From Chrysomallon squamiferum (Eukaryota > Animalia > Mollusca), in contig CM022677.1 of NCBI GenBank assembly GCA_012295275.1, positions 14,942,001 through 15,006,000 of the forward strand: a stretch of 64,000 nucleotides of DNA, in the 5' to 3' direction. The notes beneath the pieces are model-generated. The model ran no database searches and was not told the origin of the DNA. It saw nothing but the letters and a program-made list of their open reading frames with translations. This document shows, piece by piece, positions 62,702 through 64,000 of this stretch. The position numbers and the translations under genes were made by a program. Each line of letters begins with the position of its first letter. Within the stretch, counting starts at the first letter, position 1.

Positions 62702-64000
62702 GAAGAAGAAGAAGAAGAAGAAGAAGAAGAAGAAGAAGCAGAAAAATGAAAATGACAACATTGATGATGATGATGATAACAATAACAACGTATTAGTGAC
62801 ATTAATAACAATGGGAGGAAAAAAGAAAGAACAAGAAAGATAAAATGTGACATTAACACACAGGAGATATTATTATGACGTAGGTGACAACCATATTATG
62901 TAACTGTGTGTGTGTATTCTCCGCTATTTGTCGATCTGCGCTATTTTAAGACTGCGCTGCGCATTCTAATGATCGGTAAAACTCGCGATATTCTCGAGAT
63001 CACTTCGAGTCAAACCAGCTACACTCGTGCTAAGAGTTAAACTGCATGTTTCACTAGAGACAGCACATCATTATTAAATAAAATAAACAGTGTAAACCTG
63101 AACTGGAAAATTTTATTTTTATTTGTGACATCCTGTGAATTTGAAGTGCATATTTTTCAAAATTAAACTAATATAAAACGTGTGGCCTAATTTACATTGA
63201 CCTGTAAATTGAATACAAACACATTTTGTGTCTAAAATCAAGGATATTTAAAGATAATGTCACAGGATATAACTAAATAAATAACTTAAAAACCCCAAAA
63301 TATGTAAAATTAAAAGTTCAGAACATCAGTTTTAAAACTAATGACAAGTTTCTACTGAGATTTTGAAATATATTATTTATCATAAATTTAGTAATAAAAC
63401 GTGGTGAGTACAAAAATGTGACAAAACACGTTGTTATCTTATTGCTACCTGGGAGACCTGACATTCGTCAACTTCAAAGTTTCTAGTTTAACAAAGTGAA
63501 ACAAGTAATAATAGTAGTATGTAGTATGACTGAAATCACTAAATATAAACAACAGAAGCGACTTTTATTTTGTAATAAACAATCTTCAAATGAAAATCAC
63601 AGAACAGGCAAGCAGAATTATACACTGAATGAATTTACAGTATTTATCTGCAGACAAATATTGCTTTTATTTACCTGTACGATACAAATTTTAAAAATAC
63701 ATTAACTACATTACAGGTAGACCTTAGACAGCTGTGAAGATAATCTAAATTAATTACAGCTGTTTGTTTAATTAAAATATTAACATTCTCTGTATGACTG
63801 AGTGTTATAAAACTGAGATATACTACTTGTGTAATAGTCTGTCCCAGTTAATACCCACCCAGATTTTTTATGTTTCAAAATCATTCTGTCAGAAAAACAA
63901 CTGCTTTCCATTATTTATATTGCACAGATCTTCAGTCATTGGAAATTAGTGATAAAATGATATGTTTGTAACCAACCAACACTACATAAGTGCTTGAAAT

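Overview
AT-rich, microsatellite-dense animal genomic DNA. It looks molluscan, plausibly cephalopod, but this is inferred from composition and repeats only. Most entries in the ORF track are microsatellite noise. By placing GT-AG splice sites by hand I reconstruct a tandem/inverted cluster of one 10-exon receptor gene family, with five long copies (A-E) and four fragments. The predicted architecture is: signal peptide; a C-type-lectin-like domain (CTLD) split in two by an inserted WSC domain; a second, highly variable CTLD; a Ser/Thr/Pro stalk; one TM helix; and a ~250-aa tail with up to 16 Tyr in repeated YxxL/DYD units. Every copy visible here has a lesion: an in-frame stop, a frameshift or a missing exon 1. 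The copies are exon-level mosaics of each other, and most ectodomain exons are phase-1 symmetric. This points to a rapidly diversifying, probably immune or recognition, receptor locus. Also present: a pogo/Tigger-like element, a 4-kb 40-bp satellite, minisatellites, a compact TATA/CRE/Inr promoter with a short spliced transcript, candidate exons of an unrelated gene and a 200-N gap. No gene symbol can be assigned from sequence alone.
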